Source: a virus. Taken from it: DNA of 64,000 nt. Where the stretch lies: positions 5,072 to 69,071 of the IMG/VR virus record IMGVR_UViG_3300043749_000038. One strand, given 5' to 3'. The notes beneath the pieces were generated by a model. The model had not been told where the DNA came from. It ran no database searches and saw only the letters and a list, made by a program, of their open reading frames with translations. A program made the translations under genes and the position numbers. Position 1 is the stretch's first letter; each line of letters begins with the position of its first letter. Below are positions 29,935 to 38,987 of this stretch, in pieces.

Positions 29935-30797
29935 TATTCGTCACCGCTTGGTTGCTGGTAGGCTGGATTTTCAGCCATGGCGCGATCGTGCTCGGCCGCC
30001 GTGTCCAGCGAGCGTTGATCGCCGCAGCACAGATCCATACAGACGTTGGCGTAGTTCGGGGTTTCCGGCAGCTTCATCAGCCCTTCACGTGCTGCACGCA
30101 CGACCAGCGGGTCCGGCACGCCGGCCTCTTCGAAGCCCTTGGCGCGCAGCAGGGTAGCATGGTCCTTGCCGACCGGCGGATAGGCGCCGTCGTACGATGT
30201 GTGGGAATATGCCAGAGCTTCCATGCATCCCGGGATCGCCTGCGCCAGACGCACACTGTCCGCTTTGGTAAGGTACATGAGCGGGGTAAGGATGCGCAGT
30301 GGTCGCAGCGTACCCGGCTCGCCGGTGAACGTACCGTAGTTGATCGCGTCTTGCAGAGCACTGATGAACGTTGCACGGCAGTCCGGATAGCCGCCGCTGT
30401 CTTCCTGGCACACACCGGTGATCAGCACGTTGCAGCCCAGGACGTAAGCGCGGTTTGCAGCCAGCGTCAGGAACAGTTGGTTGCGCATCGGAACGAAGGT
30501 CTTTTCCAGACCGCCAGGCAGGGACTGATGGTCCGCGTACTGCTCGAGGACTTCGTCCGGATTGGTCAGCGGCGACGTGCCGGCCAGGATAGGACCGACG
30601 GTTGTCAGGAACTGCTTGCTCGGGTGCACGCCGACCATGCGAGCGATGATACCTGCGGACTCGATCTCGGTCGCATGTTTCTGACCGTAATCGAAGGTGA
30701 TAGTGTGGACGTCGTAACCCTGCTGCTTGGCCCAGAACAGGCAAGTGGTGGAGTCTTGTCCGCCGGACAAGACCACTAGAGCTTTTTGCTTGAGCAT
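29934..30797 (-). CDS. queC: 7-cyano-7-deazaguanine (preQ0) synthase; possible longer start at 30911
   Basis: VLSGGQDSTT, FDYGQKH, TFVPMRN, GYPDCR, TPLM motifs. Confidence 0.92.
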   Translation of the reverse strand: MLKQKALVVLSGGQDSTTCLFWAKQQGYDVHTITFDYGQKHATEIESAGIIARMVGVHPSKQFLTTVGPILAGTSPLTNPDEVLEQYADHQSLPGGLEKTFVPMRNQLFLTLAANRAYVLGCNVLITGVCQEDSGGYPDCRATFISALQDAINYGTFTGEPGTLRPLRILTPLMYLTKADSVRLAQAIPGCMEALAYSHTSYDGAYPPVGKDHATLLRAKGFEEAGVPDPLVVRAAREGLMKLPETPNYANVCMDLCCGDQRSLDTAAEHDRAMAENPAYQQPSGDE

Positions 30798-30912
30798 ATC
30801 TTTAACCTTCCTTTTCTCGTAAAATTGGAAATCGCAGCAATCGCATTTCTTTGTAGCAGAATAAGCGAACGCGTAGCATTTAGGGCACACCTTTAGCGGT
30901 GCGTCACCCATG

Positions 30913-31128
30913 TTATTCCCCATTTTTGAAATAGTCGACTTGAACTTCTTTACCCATGCGAACAATGCAGCCCAGCATGAGAAGGATCCAGAACGCAGCA
31001 ACGGCGCCCCACACCCAGCCGGAGGGCTGAAACTTGTCCAGCAGCAGGTAGAAGACGATGCCCCAGCCGATCGGCAGACGGGTAGGCAGGTTACTTGGCG
31101 CGAGGACGCGCGGATTCTTTTTGGACAT
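30913..31128 (-). CDS. Small membrane protein
   Basis: Two hydrophobic segments, within que cluster. Confidence 0.55.
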   Translation of the reverse strand: MSKKNPRVLAPSNLPTRLPIGWGIVFYLLLDKFQPSGWVWGAVAAFWILLMLGCIVRMGKEVQVDYFKNGE

Positions 31129-31131
31129 TTG

Positions 31132-31317
31132 TTAGACCTTTGCTTTCTGGATTGCGGTGAAGATTGCTTCGCGAAGTTGAGATTCGATCAGCGGTTCATC
31201 CTTACGAACAGGATTCTGCACCATCGATTGCAAAGCAGCTAATTCAGCAGCGTCGCAAGCAATGGTAAAGTGATAAACCGTTTTCATGGATACGTTAACG
31301 TGTGCAATTGCCATCAC
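31132..31317 (-). CDS. Hypothetical protein
   Basis: Overlaps queE stop. Confidence 0.45.
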   Translation of the reverse strand: MMAIAHVNVSMKTVYHFTIACDAAELAALQSMVQNPVRKDEPLIESQLREAIFTAIQKAKV

Positions 31318-32033
31318 TCCACCCCGAGGTATTTGTGGGTCTGAAGCTGGAGGGTGTAACCGAAGCGCAAGCAGCTATCGACAACCGCTTTAATGTTCTT
31401 AGCGTTAGTTGCTTCGTCCTTGGAGTCCATCGGCTGGAGATAGACGGGCTTGCCACCATGTCGAGCAACCTGCGGCGCCGCAGTGTGGTTAAGCGCAAGG
31501 ATAGGAAGGCCGTCGTTCGGATTCACGCTGTCGTGAGACAGGACGTACTTGAAGCACTTTGCGCGCGAACGAATCCATTCTTGCACCTTGCCGGCCTTGG
31601 GGCTGCAAACGATGTGGATTTGTTCCCACACTGGATGGTCTTGCGTGCCGGGCCCGGGAGCAAGCGTGCCGTTCGTTTCGATTTGCACGGTGTATTCGTG
31701 CTTTACCAGCAGTGCGCACAGTAAAAGCAAGCTTTGACGGAAGGGTTCACCGCCGGTAATGACGATGAGCGGTTTACGATGGGACCGTGTGGACTGCGTC
31801 TTGATTGAGTCCAAGATGGATTCCACATTCATCACAAGACGACCCTTCGTGTACTCCGTGTCGCAGGACGGGCATTGCAAGTTGCAACCCGCAAGGCGCA
31901 CGAATACAGCAGGGCGTCCGGTGAACGGACCCTCACCCTGAATTGTATAGAAGATGGAATGGACGTCGAGGACGGAACCGTCCGACTTGACCGACTTTTC
32001 AATCGGTTGGGTGTTGATTGGGATAACTTGCAT
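31314..32033 (-). CDS. queE: 7-carboxy-7-deazaguanine synthase (radical SAM)
   Basis: FYTIQGEG, RLAGCNLQCPSCDT, TGGEP, IETNG, SPK, LQTHK. Confidence 0.95.
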   Translation of the reverse strand: MQVIPINTQPIEKSVKSDGSVLDVHSIFYTIQGEGPFTGRPAVFVRLAGCNLQCPSCDTEYTKGRLVMNVESILDSIKTQSTRSHRKPLIVITGGEPFRQSLLLLCALLVKHEYTVQIETNGTLAPGPGTQDHPVWEQIHIVCSPKAGKVQEWIRSRAKCFKYVLSHDSVNPNDGLPILALNHTAAPQVARHGGKPVYLQPMDSKDEATNAKNIKAVVDSCLRFGYTLQLQTHKYLGVE

Positions 32034-32074
32034 GCTACCTCACGAAGATCAGCCTTAGCTGAGTACGGGTAATT

Positions 32075-32162
32075 TGGCGGAAAGTGTAGGATTCGAACCT
32101 ACGGAGCCTTTCGACTCGTCTGGTTAGCAACCAGATGCATTAAACCACTCTGCCAACTTTCC
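32075..32162 (-). tRNA. tRNA-Ser(GCT)
   Basis: GGAAAGT acceptor, TCTGG-TTGCTAA-CCAGA anticodon arm, long variable arm, GTTCGAATC, G discriminator and encoded CCA. Confidence 0.92.
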
Positions 32163-32278
32163 TTTAGGTGAGGACGGCCCGACTGATACGGGCTGTAAGA
32201 GACCGCTTGCGGCGCAATACAGTCGAGCTGTGCGGCGCAGGCGGGTTAGCGTCCTCTAGAGGGTGCTACCAGGCCGAA

Positions 32279-32953
32279 TTAGGCAGCTTTGTGAGCGTGG
32301 GCGTGCTCGGTCGATGCGGCGGTTTCGGTTGCAGCCGGCGCCGGTGCAGCGGCCTTGGAGACTTGGCCGTAGACGCCGTGGAACTGCTTCCAGCGGGCGT
32401 ACTGGGTGCGGATGGTGGCGTCGTTCAGGCCGGCCTTCTGGGCTTCGGGCATCAGTTCCGAGATAGCGACCGGACCGTTCTTCGCGGCCGACAGGGCGTT
32501 GGCGATGTCCCAGACTTGACGGGTCTTGGTGCCTTCTTTCGGCTGGGTGATGCCGCGCTGGCTGACCAGTTGTACCTTGACCTTGGCGGTAGCAGCCTGC
32601 TCGCGGTCCTTGGCTTTCTGCTCAGCAGCCAGGCGCTTGGCTTCGGCGGCGGCAGCCTTTTCTTCAGCCTTCGTCTTGTCGGCCAGCTCCTTGGCCGCTT
32701 TCTTTTCGGCGTCAGCCTTGGCCTTCGCTTCGGCCTTTTCAGCCTTCGCCTTTTCGGCGGCGGCTTTCTTTTCAGCAGCAGCGGCTTCCTTCTCGGCCTT
32801 GGCTTTGGCCTGGGCTTCGGCTTTTTCGGCTTCGATCTGCTCGGCGGTCTTGGTTTCCGGCTTGGCGGTGCCGCCGGCGGTTGCGTTGTGGGTAGCGGAC
32901 ATCAGAACGGCGGTCGCCAGAGCGAACATTGCGTAACGGTTGGTGCGGATCAT
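32279..32953 (-). CDS. Ala/Lys/Glu-rich protein with C-terminal putative DNA-binding domain (paralog 1)
   Basis: Low-complexity AEKAKA region then GITQP..G.KT..VW.IA...N.ATI.TQYARW. Confidence 0.7.
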   Translation of the reverse strand: MIRTNRYAMFALATAVLMSATHNATAGGTAKPETKTAEQIEAEKAEAQAKAKAEKEAAAAEKKAAAEKAKAEKAEAKAKADAEKKAAKELADKTKAEEKAAAAEAKRLAAEQKAKDREQAATAKVKVQLVSQRGITQPKEGTKTRQVWDIANALSAAKNGPVAISELMPEAQKAGLNDATIRTQYARWKQFHGVYGQVSKAAAPAPAATETAASTEHAHAHKAA

Positions 32954-33012
32954 GTTGGACTCCTGTGTGGTTGGTATTACTAGCGAAAAAGTTTGTTTGC
33001 TGCTGAGTTATT

Positions 33013-33041
33013 ACTATATAGAATTCTTAACATGTGCGCAA
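33013..33041 (-). promoter_or_regulatory. Sigma70-like promoter
   Basis: TTGCGC-17 bp-TATAGT on minus strand. Confidence 0.55.
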
Positions 33042-33082
33042 GCGATTTTTGCTGATACTTGCGCACTTTCTGGTATCCAGGG

Positions 33083-33826
33083 CTACGAGTTAGCTTTGGA
33101 ATGTTTCCATTTAGAAAATTGAACTGACATCGTGCTATCGTTAATGCCGTCCGCCTTGCATGCTGCTGCTACCAGTGCGCGCAGTTGCTTATCCAGATGC
33201 GGATGTTTTGCGTAGCACTCGTCGGAGATTGCCCACACACGCTCGGTCTTGCTGCCGGCGGCGGGACGAGCAGACACCTCACGTGGTGTGCTTGGATCCC
33301 GAGGGGTAGGTACATCCGGTTCGACAATGTGCGGGTTCACACCAACCTTGTCGATGTATGCGTGCACCTTATTAGCAGGGCGCACATAGTAGCGTTTGTT
33401 CGGTGCTTTATGACCCGGAACGCTAACCAGACCATCCGGCACAAAAAGCTCTTGCTGCTGGAGCGGAAGCGTGCTGCCGTACTGGTAGCGGTAGCCACCC
33501 TGCTCCGGTTCTTTAATAGACAAGAGCTGTGCTTCCACTTCACTTGCGCGAAGTTGCGTCTCGGGCAGCATGCTAACAAGGCGCGTTACACTTTGGATGA
33601 GACCCCCACGATGGAAGCCGTCATGCTGCATGCCGCAGATGTTGCTGAACAACACCTTCAGCTCATAGTCCGTGAAACGTTCGTAGCTGCCTGCGTCCGT
33701 AGCGCTCATAACTACAATTGCGCTCTCTGGCACTTCGATGTTTGCCAAGTTCATCACCGCCGCTTGGTCGGGGTTCTTGTACAGGACGCGTAAGCGTTCC
33801 AAGTCTACACAAATAAACAAATTCAC
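33083..33826 (-). CDS. Hypothetical protein with same C-terminal domain (paralog 2)
   Basis: RPAAGSKTERVWAISD...GINDSTMSVQFSKW. Confidence 0.65.
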   Translation of the reverse strand: MNLFICVDLERLRVLYKNPDQAAVMNLANIEVPESAIVVMSATDAGSYERFTDYELKVLFSNICGMQHDGFHRGGLIQSVTRLVSMLPETQLRASEVEAQLLSIKEPEQGGYRYQYGSTLPLQQQELFVPDGLVSVPGHKAPNKRYYVRPANKVHAYIDKVGVNPHIVEPDVPTPRDPSTPREVSARPAAGSKTERVWAISDECYAKHPHLDKQLRALVAAACKADGINDSTMSVQFSKWKHSKANS

Positions 33827-33858
33827 CTCCGGTTAAGTTTTGCGCTACCACAATGTTT

Positions 33859-33887
33859 ATTGTACGCACTAAGCGTGCAGTTTGCAA
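33859..33887 (-). promoter_or_regulatory. Sigma70-like promoter
   Basis: TTGCAA-17 bp-TACAAT on minus strand. Confidence 0.65.
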
Positions 33888-33891
33888 ACAT

Positions 33892-35628
33892 TTAAAACGG
33901 AATATCGTCGTCTTGTGGCGAAATCGGTGCTTCGAATTCGTCCATGAAGCACTCGTCCATCACTTGTGGGAAAGGATGCGCATTTGCCCACACACGCACA
34001 TGCGTTGGGACCGGGAAGTCCGGGATCATTTTAACCGCTTCCTCTGCGCTATTTGGCATTGGAAGATTGGTGCGCTTCTTCCACCACTTCTCAGCCTTGT
34101 CGCGAAGGTGCGGGCTGTGATTGATTAACAAGAAGTGCATCACCTTCTGACTAAAGCTGTGGTAGTATGTGACGCGTACACTATCGGGTTTGCCCGCCTT
34201 CTTGTTGACTGAACAAAGAACCTGCTCAACTCGGTAAACTTTAACCTCCGGCGCTTCGTTCCTGATAACTTCCTGCGTGCTAGCTTGTTTCTGAATCTTC
34301 ACTTGGAAGATGAATTCAGCCCCGCATCCCATCGGGGTCTTGTATGGCTCACCGCCGCAGAACCGCGCCGAGATGTGGTTATACGCATCGCAGTGATCGC
34401 AAATTTTAATCGGCGCTTCGCCTTTGGACGCACCTTTCTTTTTCGGGATAATTGGGTCGTTAATCGGGCCGCAACGCTTGATGTTCCCAGCGAAGTCCAT
34501 CACCAAGCAGTTCTGCTTTGGACTTGCCGCAATTGAAGCTAATCGGCCTTGAATAGTGGTAAGGTCGTAACCTTGTTTGACAAACAGAGGACGTGTACCG
34601 CGCCCGAGCATTTGAACCCAAAGCTTGGAGGACATCGTAGGGCGCAACATGACAATAAGATCAAGACCCGGATGGTTCACACCTGTAGTCAAGATACCCA
34701 TATTGATAATTGCGGTGTACTCGTAGTTCTTCCAGGCGCGGATGTTATCATCACGCTCCCCGTCGGACATCTTGCTATGCACAACCCGGCACGAAACGCC
34801 CAGATGTGTAAGCATCTCTCGAATTTTTTCGCAATGCTCTAGACCAGAAGCAAAGACAATCCAGCTCCGACGATCGTGCGCGTAGTCAAGTGTTTCCAGA
34901 AGCGCAGCGTAAGTGATCTTATCTTTGTTGACAGCGAGTTGAAGCTCTTTCTCGTTGAAGTCTCCGCCAACTAGCTTAACCCCGTCGACGTCGAGGATGG
35001 TCTTTGTGGGCTTGGAAACAGGTGGGACCAAATAACCTTCTTTGATGAAACGGTTGAACGACACCATGTCGGTGAGGTCGATCGCCATGTGCGTAAAGAT
35101 ACCATCACCTTGGGTTAAATGACCCTGCCCCTCCCGCCAAGGAGTGGCGGTAAACCCCAGCACACGCAGGTAAGGATTGCGCTCCTTTAGCGCCGTAATA
35201 AGGCGCATGTACATCGAGGTTTCGCGATTGCTAATGAGGTGACACTCATCAACGATAAGGATGTCAACTTTGCCAAACTTTGCTACGTTCTTAATGATTG
35301 AAGCGATACCAGCAAAGATAATCTGCTGACTGGTATCCTTACGCTTGAGACCTGCGCTATAGACGCCGGCGGGGGCGGTTGGCCAGATATTCAATAACTC
35401 CAGATAGTTTTGCTCAACTAGTTCTTTGACGTGTGTTGCGTTAATAAAACGCTGGTTCGGCGCAGCGCGCAAGGCATTGTACATGAAGTAAGCGATCGAA
35501 AACGCCTTGCCCGTACCGGTCGGCATACCCACGATAGGATGCGTATTCGGGTCGGGGTTGGTGGCGAACCAGCGCCAAATGGCGCCGTCGACCGCTAGCT
35601 GATAGTCACGCGGGATCAGTGTGGTCAT
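33892..35628 (-). CDS. Superfamily 2 DNA helicase (RadD/UvsW-like)
   Basis: PRDYQ, PTGTGK, DECH, TATP, QMLGRGTR, C-terminal Zn ribbon. Confidence 0.9.
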   Translation of the reverse strand: MTTLIPRDYQLAVDGAIWRWFATNPDPNTHPIVGMPTGTGKAFSIAYFMYNALRAAPNQRFINATHVKELVEQNYLELLNIWPTAPAGVYSAGLKRKDTSQQIIFAGIASIIKNVAKFGKVDILIVDECHLISNRETSMYMRLITALKERNPYLRVLGFTATPWREGQGHLTQGDGIFTHMAIDLTDMVSFNRFIKEGYLVPPVSKPTKTILDVDGVKLVGGDFNEKELQLAVNKDKITYAALLETLDYAHDRRSWIVFASGLEHCEKIREMLTHLGVSCRVVHSKMSDGERDDNIRAWKNYEYTAIINMGILTTGVNHPGLDLIVMLRPTMSSKLWVQMLGRGTRPLFVKQGYDLTTIQGRLASIAASPKQNCLVMDFAGNIKRCGPINDPIIPKKKGASKGEAPIKICDHCDAYNHISARFCGGEPYKTPMGCGAEFIFQVKIQKQASTQEVIRNEAPEVKVYRVEQVLCSVNKKAGKPDSVRVTYYHSFSQKVMHFLLINHSPHLRDKAEKWWKKRTNLPMPNSAEEAVKMIPDFPVPTHVRVWANAHPFPQVMDECFMDEFEAPISPQDDDIPF

Positions 35629-36524
35629 ACCGCATTAAACTGGACGTAATGCTCGCACGCTGCAAGCTGTTGTTCTTTGGACAGGACTTCGCCGGTTTGA
35701 CCACACACCCAGCTACCATGTTCAGCGTCAATTACAACGCTATGACATGTGCGGCAATTGCGTTCTGGTTCAGCGTTACCATGGCAGAGCAGCTTATTCT
35801 CGCAGAACTTGCACTCGTACCAGCTAGGTGATTCGTTAATACGCTTCGGTGCTTCGCGCAGCATGATGATATTACGGGCGCGCTGCACCATCTGTTCGCC
35901 CATGGTTGGGTCCAGATGGATGATTTCCAGATGCAGGGAATCGTCATCCTTGCAAACGGCGCCGTACATGGCGATACCAAGCCCCATTCCGCGCAAGTAA
36001 ACTTGCATCTGCGCGTAGTGCTCAGGCTTTGCTTCGCGGACACCCTTTGCAACAAGCTTGTCGAAAGACTTCTTGCTGTGCGTCTTAAATTCTAAGAGGC
36101 CGTAGGTGTTAGCAGGAAAATCAGGGATGCCATAGCCAACCCCGTCACCGCTCCCACCAAACAGGCCACCAAAATAAGAGACACGGAACTGATTACCTTT
36201 AGCGTCCTGTTGAAGGACTTGAACGCCAATCGTAAGTAATAGTGCGATAAACCTTGCTTCTTCAAGATGACCCCTGTTAAAAAGACGAAGAATGCGGCCG
36301 CTGAATTTAGGCTTTCGGGCCCAACGGAATCCATACCAGATGTCCCGCGCGCAGGATTTACCAATCAGCGATGCGCCCAAGTGGTTGCGAAAACCTTCGT
36401 CCGCGCCACGGTATGCGTCACCAATATGAGGAATTACTCGTTGGAGGTTTTGACGGTAAGCACCGCCTTGGTCTGCTTCCAGCGCTGCGTCAATAGCGGC
36501 TAGAGTCTTAGTTGCAAGCTGCAT
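35625..36524 (-). CDS. Cas4-like PD-(D/E)xK exonuclease
   Basis: LGASLIG..C, DG...LEFKT, HYAQMQVY, CKFC....C. Confidence 0.8.
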   Translation of the reverse strand: MQLATKTLAAIDAALEADQGGAYRQNLQRVIPHIGDAYRGADEGFRNHLGASLIGKSCARDIWYGFRWARKPKFSGRILRLFNRGHLEEARFIALLLTIGVQVLQQDAKGNQFRVSYFGGLFGGSGDGVGYGIPDFPANTYGLLEFKTHSKKSFDKLVAKGVREAKPEHYAQMQVYLRGMGLGIAMYGAVCKDDDSLHLEIIHLDPTMGEQMVQRARNIIMLREAPKRINESPSWYECKFCENKLLCHGNAEPERNCRTCHSVVIDAEHGSWVCGQTGEVLSKEQQLAACEHYVQFNAV

Positions 36525-36537
36525 GTAGGCTCCTGTG

Positions 36538-36630
36538 ATTTATAGACGAACTTTAGAGGGACTCGAACCCTAGCACTTGCCGATTGCCTCGGCCGTTCTG
36601 CCAATTAAACTATAAAGTTCGTCTATAAAT
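36538..36630 (-). ncRNA. tRNA-like element with extended acceptor stem and short anticodon loop
   Basis: 18-bp perfect terminal inverted repeat enclosing D arm (GTTT-AATTGGCA-GAAC), GCCGA-GGCAA-TCGGC arm and AGGG-TTCGAGT-CCCT T arm; no CCA. Confidence 0.7.
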
Positions 36631-36657
36631 GCCCTGTTTCCAGGGCAAGGGCCTACA

Positions 36658-37557
36658 TTACTGCGGGGCGCCCCACGGCACCGGAGCCGCTTGCGATGCT
36701 GCATAAGCGGCTTGCTGTTCCGGGCTCATTACCGGCGCGACTTGCTGCGGAGCTGCTGCCTGAGGAGCGCCCCACGGCTGTTGCGGAGCTGCCGCCCAGT
36801 CCGGCTGGCCTTGAACTGCACCCGGCTGGAACTGTTGCGGTGCCTGCTGTTGAGGAGCCGTCTGGAACTGCTGTGCCGGGGCCTGGAACTGCGGAGCTTG
36901 TTGCTGCTGTTGGGGCGCTTGGAACTGCAGCTGCATCTGCTGGGGTTGCATGCTCGGCTGTTGCGGCGCCATCGGCTGCTGAGCGTTTGCCTGCCATTGT
37001 TGTGCCGGCGCCATCGGTTGCTGCGGCGGGATCACGTTTGCTGCCGGCGGGATGGTGCCGGGTGCAGTGCCAGCAGGCTTGGCGGCGGCCTGGGTGGCGG
37101 AAGCGGTCTTCGCTGCACCAGCGATAGCGGCTTGGTCGTTGAGGTTGCTGTAGGCGCTCGGCTCGTTCTTTTCTTCGTATTTGACGACGCCCGGATTCTG
37201 GTCGTCCATGACGGCTGGGGTCAGCTTCAGGCGGGTGAAGAACGGGATGTTCTTGAGCTGGTCGGTGTCCGACATTTCCAGCACATTGACAGCGTGGCAC
37301 AGGGCGCTCAGCTGCTTGCGGCCGATTTCGACAGCTTTTTCGTTCGGGTTCTGGACGTTGAAGTTGTTGAAGAACATTGCGCCCTTGTAGGTGCCTTCGG
37401 CGACCTGGAACGAAACAGCGATCATCATGCCTTCGCCGGAGCCGGTGGGCTTCAGCTCGGTCTTCGTGACCATCGTTTTGTACCAGCCGGCCGGGATTGC
37501 GCCCTTGCGTCCCTGATCCGGTTCGACATCTCGTGCGTTAAACTGGAATTGTGCCAT
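36658..37557 (-). CDS. ssDNA-binding protein (DUF669-like) with Gln/Pro-rich tail
   Basis: IPAGWY, NPNEKAVEIG...L..LCHAV; C-terminal PW. Confidence 0.7.
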   Translation of the reverse strand: MAQFQFNARDVEPDQGRKGAIPAGWYKTMVTKTELKPTGSGEGMMIAVSFQVAEGTYKGAMFFNNFNVQNPNEKAVEIGRKQLSALCHAVNVLEMSDTDQLKNIPFFTRLKLTPAVMDDQNPGVVKYEEKNEPSAYSNLNDQAAIAGAAKTASATQAAAKPAGTAPGTIPPAANVIPPQQPMAPAQQWQANAQQPMAPQQPSMQPQQMQLQFQAPQQQQQAPQFQAPAQQFQTAPQQQAPQQFQPGAVQGQPDWAAAPQQPWGAPQAAAPQQVAPVMSPEQQAAYAASQAAPVPWGAPQ

Positions 37558-37558
37558 T

Positions 37559-37882
37559 TCAGTTGCTTCCTTGATTTTGTGCAGTCTGTTGAGCGCCAGA
37601 CTGCTGAGCGTTGGTGTGGGCATCCAGGTCGAAGAAGGGCTTCACGCCCAACTTTTCGCGGATGTAATCGACCGGCAGTGCGGTCGCGTCGTGCAAGCGC
37701 AAGATCATTTCTGCGCTTACCGGAACCCGGTTATGACGGATCTTGCTAACCGTCGGCGGCTGCATGCCAATGATGGTCAGCAGTTCGGTGCGGTTACGCG
37801 CTTGGATTTTTTCCTGCGCTTTGTCCAGCAGCTGATCGATTGCGCTGTTCGGTGGAACCAGCGGACGGCCCATGGTAATCAT
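37559..37882 (-). CDS. XRE-type helix-turn-helix protein
   Basis: NRTELLTIIGMQPPTVSKIRHNRVPVS; ATGA coupling at 37879-37882. Confidence 0.65.
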   Translation of the reverse strand: MITMGRPLVPPNSAIDQLLDKAQEKIQARNRTELLTIIGMQPPTVSKIRHNRVPVSAEMILRLHDATALPVDYIREKLGVKPFFDLDAHTNAQQSGAQQTAQNQGSN

Positions 37883-38040
37883 TGCGACCCCCAGGCGGCA
37901 AGCGCTGTGCGCACAGCTTGTGCGATCCGCGTCATCTGCATTCCGTGGAACTGGAGCTGCAAGAAGTTTTTGCGACGTTCCATGTTGCGCGTGAAGGTCG
38001 AGTAGGCCAGGGCTTTTGCGTGTTGTGCTTGTTTGTTCAT
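37879..38040 (-). CDS. Hypothetical protein
   Basis: ATGA overlaps at both ends (MNKQAQ...). Confidence 0.45.
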   Translation of the reverse strand: MNKQAQHAKALAYSTFTRNMERRKNFLQLQFHGMQMTRIAQAVRTALAAWGSQ

Positions 38041-38882
38041 TGCGGTGCATCCCTGTTGTAGTAGTCGCGGCCGCTGCACTGGTAGATTGCGTGGGCCAAT
38101 TGGTTCCAGCCATTGTCGCGCGGCATGGAAATTGGTTCAACCATGTTGAAGCGGTTGCCCGCAACGTAACCGGGTTGACGGCTGACGCCAAGCACGCGGC
38201 CTGCGTTTTGGCTCACCGCTTGGTTCATGTTCTTACCTTCGCTGACGAAAATGGGTTCGTGCAAGAAGCCGACGAGGTCCGCCCATTGGGTCAGCATTTC
38301 GCGCTTGCCATAGGTCTTGTCGTTCTTCGGCGAATGCAGAAGCAGATCCCACGAGTGGTACGTGCCCGCGGTCGGGTCTTTGACTTCGCCGGTGAAGACA
38401 TGGCAGGTCAGAATGACGTTGACGCCGCATTGGACGGAAAGCTGGTCGCACTTGCTCAGGAAGTTCTGGAACAGTTCGTTTGCGAACTGGTAGCCCTTGC
38501 CGTAGCCGCCCAGCGCCGAGTCCATGGTAACGGTCTTTTTGTTGCCGGGGGAATAGTTCGGATCGCGACGCAGGACTTCCGTGTGGATCATCTTTTCCAG
38601 CGCAGTAACGCTGTCGATAACCAGCGACATGTAAGGGAACTGACCGGCTTGCACGTACTGGATGATCTCGTCCAGCAGTTGCATCACATGCTGGAACTCG
38701 GTCAGCTGCGGGGTCATGTTGACGCTCACGCCGCTATAACCAACCTCCAGTGGCACCAACAGCGCACGCGGAGCGTTCGTCGTCAGCGTGGTTTTGCCGA
38801 CTTTTTCAACACCAGCGATGACAGCGCGCAGACCGGGACGGACGCCTTGGCTAGTGTGGGTAACTGCTGCAAGAATGGACAT
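38037..38882 (-). CDS. AAA/RecA-like ATPase (Sak4-like recombinase)
   Basis: GVEKVGKT, LVIDS, GYGKGY; adjacent to SSB and exonuclease. Confidence 0.75.
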   Translation of the reverse strand: MSILAAVTHTSQGVRPGLRAVIAGVEKVGKTTLTTNAPRALLVPLEVGYSGVSVNMTPQLTEFQHVMQLLDEIIQYVQAGQFPYMSLVIDSVTALEKMIHTEVLRRDPNYSPGNKKTVTMDSALGGYGKGYQFANELFQNFLSKCDQLSVQCGVNVILTCHVFTGEVKDPTAGTYHSWDLLLHSPKNDKTYGKREMLTQWADLVGFLHEPIFVSEGKNMNQAVSQNAGRVLGVSRQPGYVAGNRFNMVEPISMPRDNGWNQLAHAIYQCSGRDYYNRDAPQ

Positions 38883-38940
38883 TTATACTCCGAAGAGAGG
38901 ATTAAAAAACCGCTACCGACTAGCGGCAGCGGGTAGGTAT

Positions 38941-38969
38941 ATTATGCACCAGCCATTGTTTAATTGCAA
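38941..38969 (-). promoter_or_regulatory. Sigma70-like promoter
   Basis: TTGCAA-17 bp-CATAAT on minus strand. Confidence 0.6.
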
Positions 38970-38987
38970 GGGCGTTGCGCTGATAGT

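Noticed and set aside
36538-36630. Functional tRNA-Cys(GCA)
   Set aside because: No U33, abnormal anticodon loop, T-stem mismatch and no CCA; kept only as a tRNA-like element
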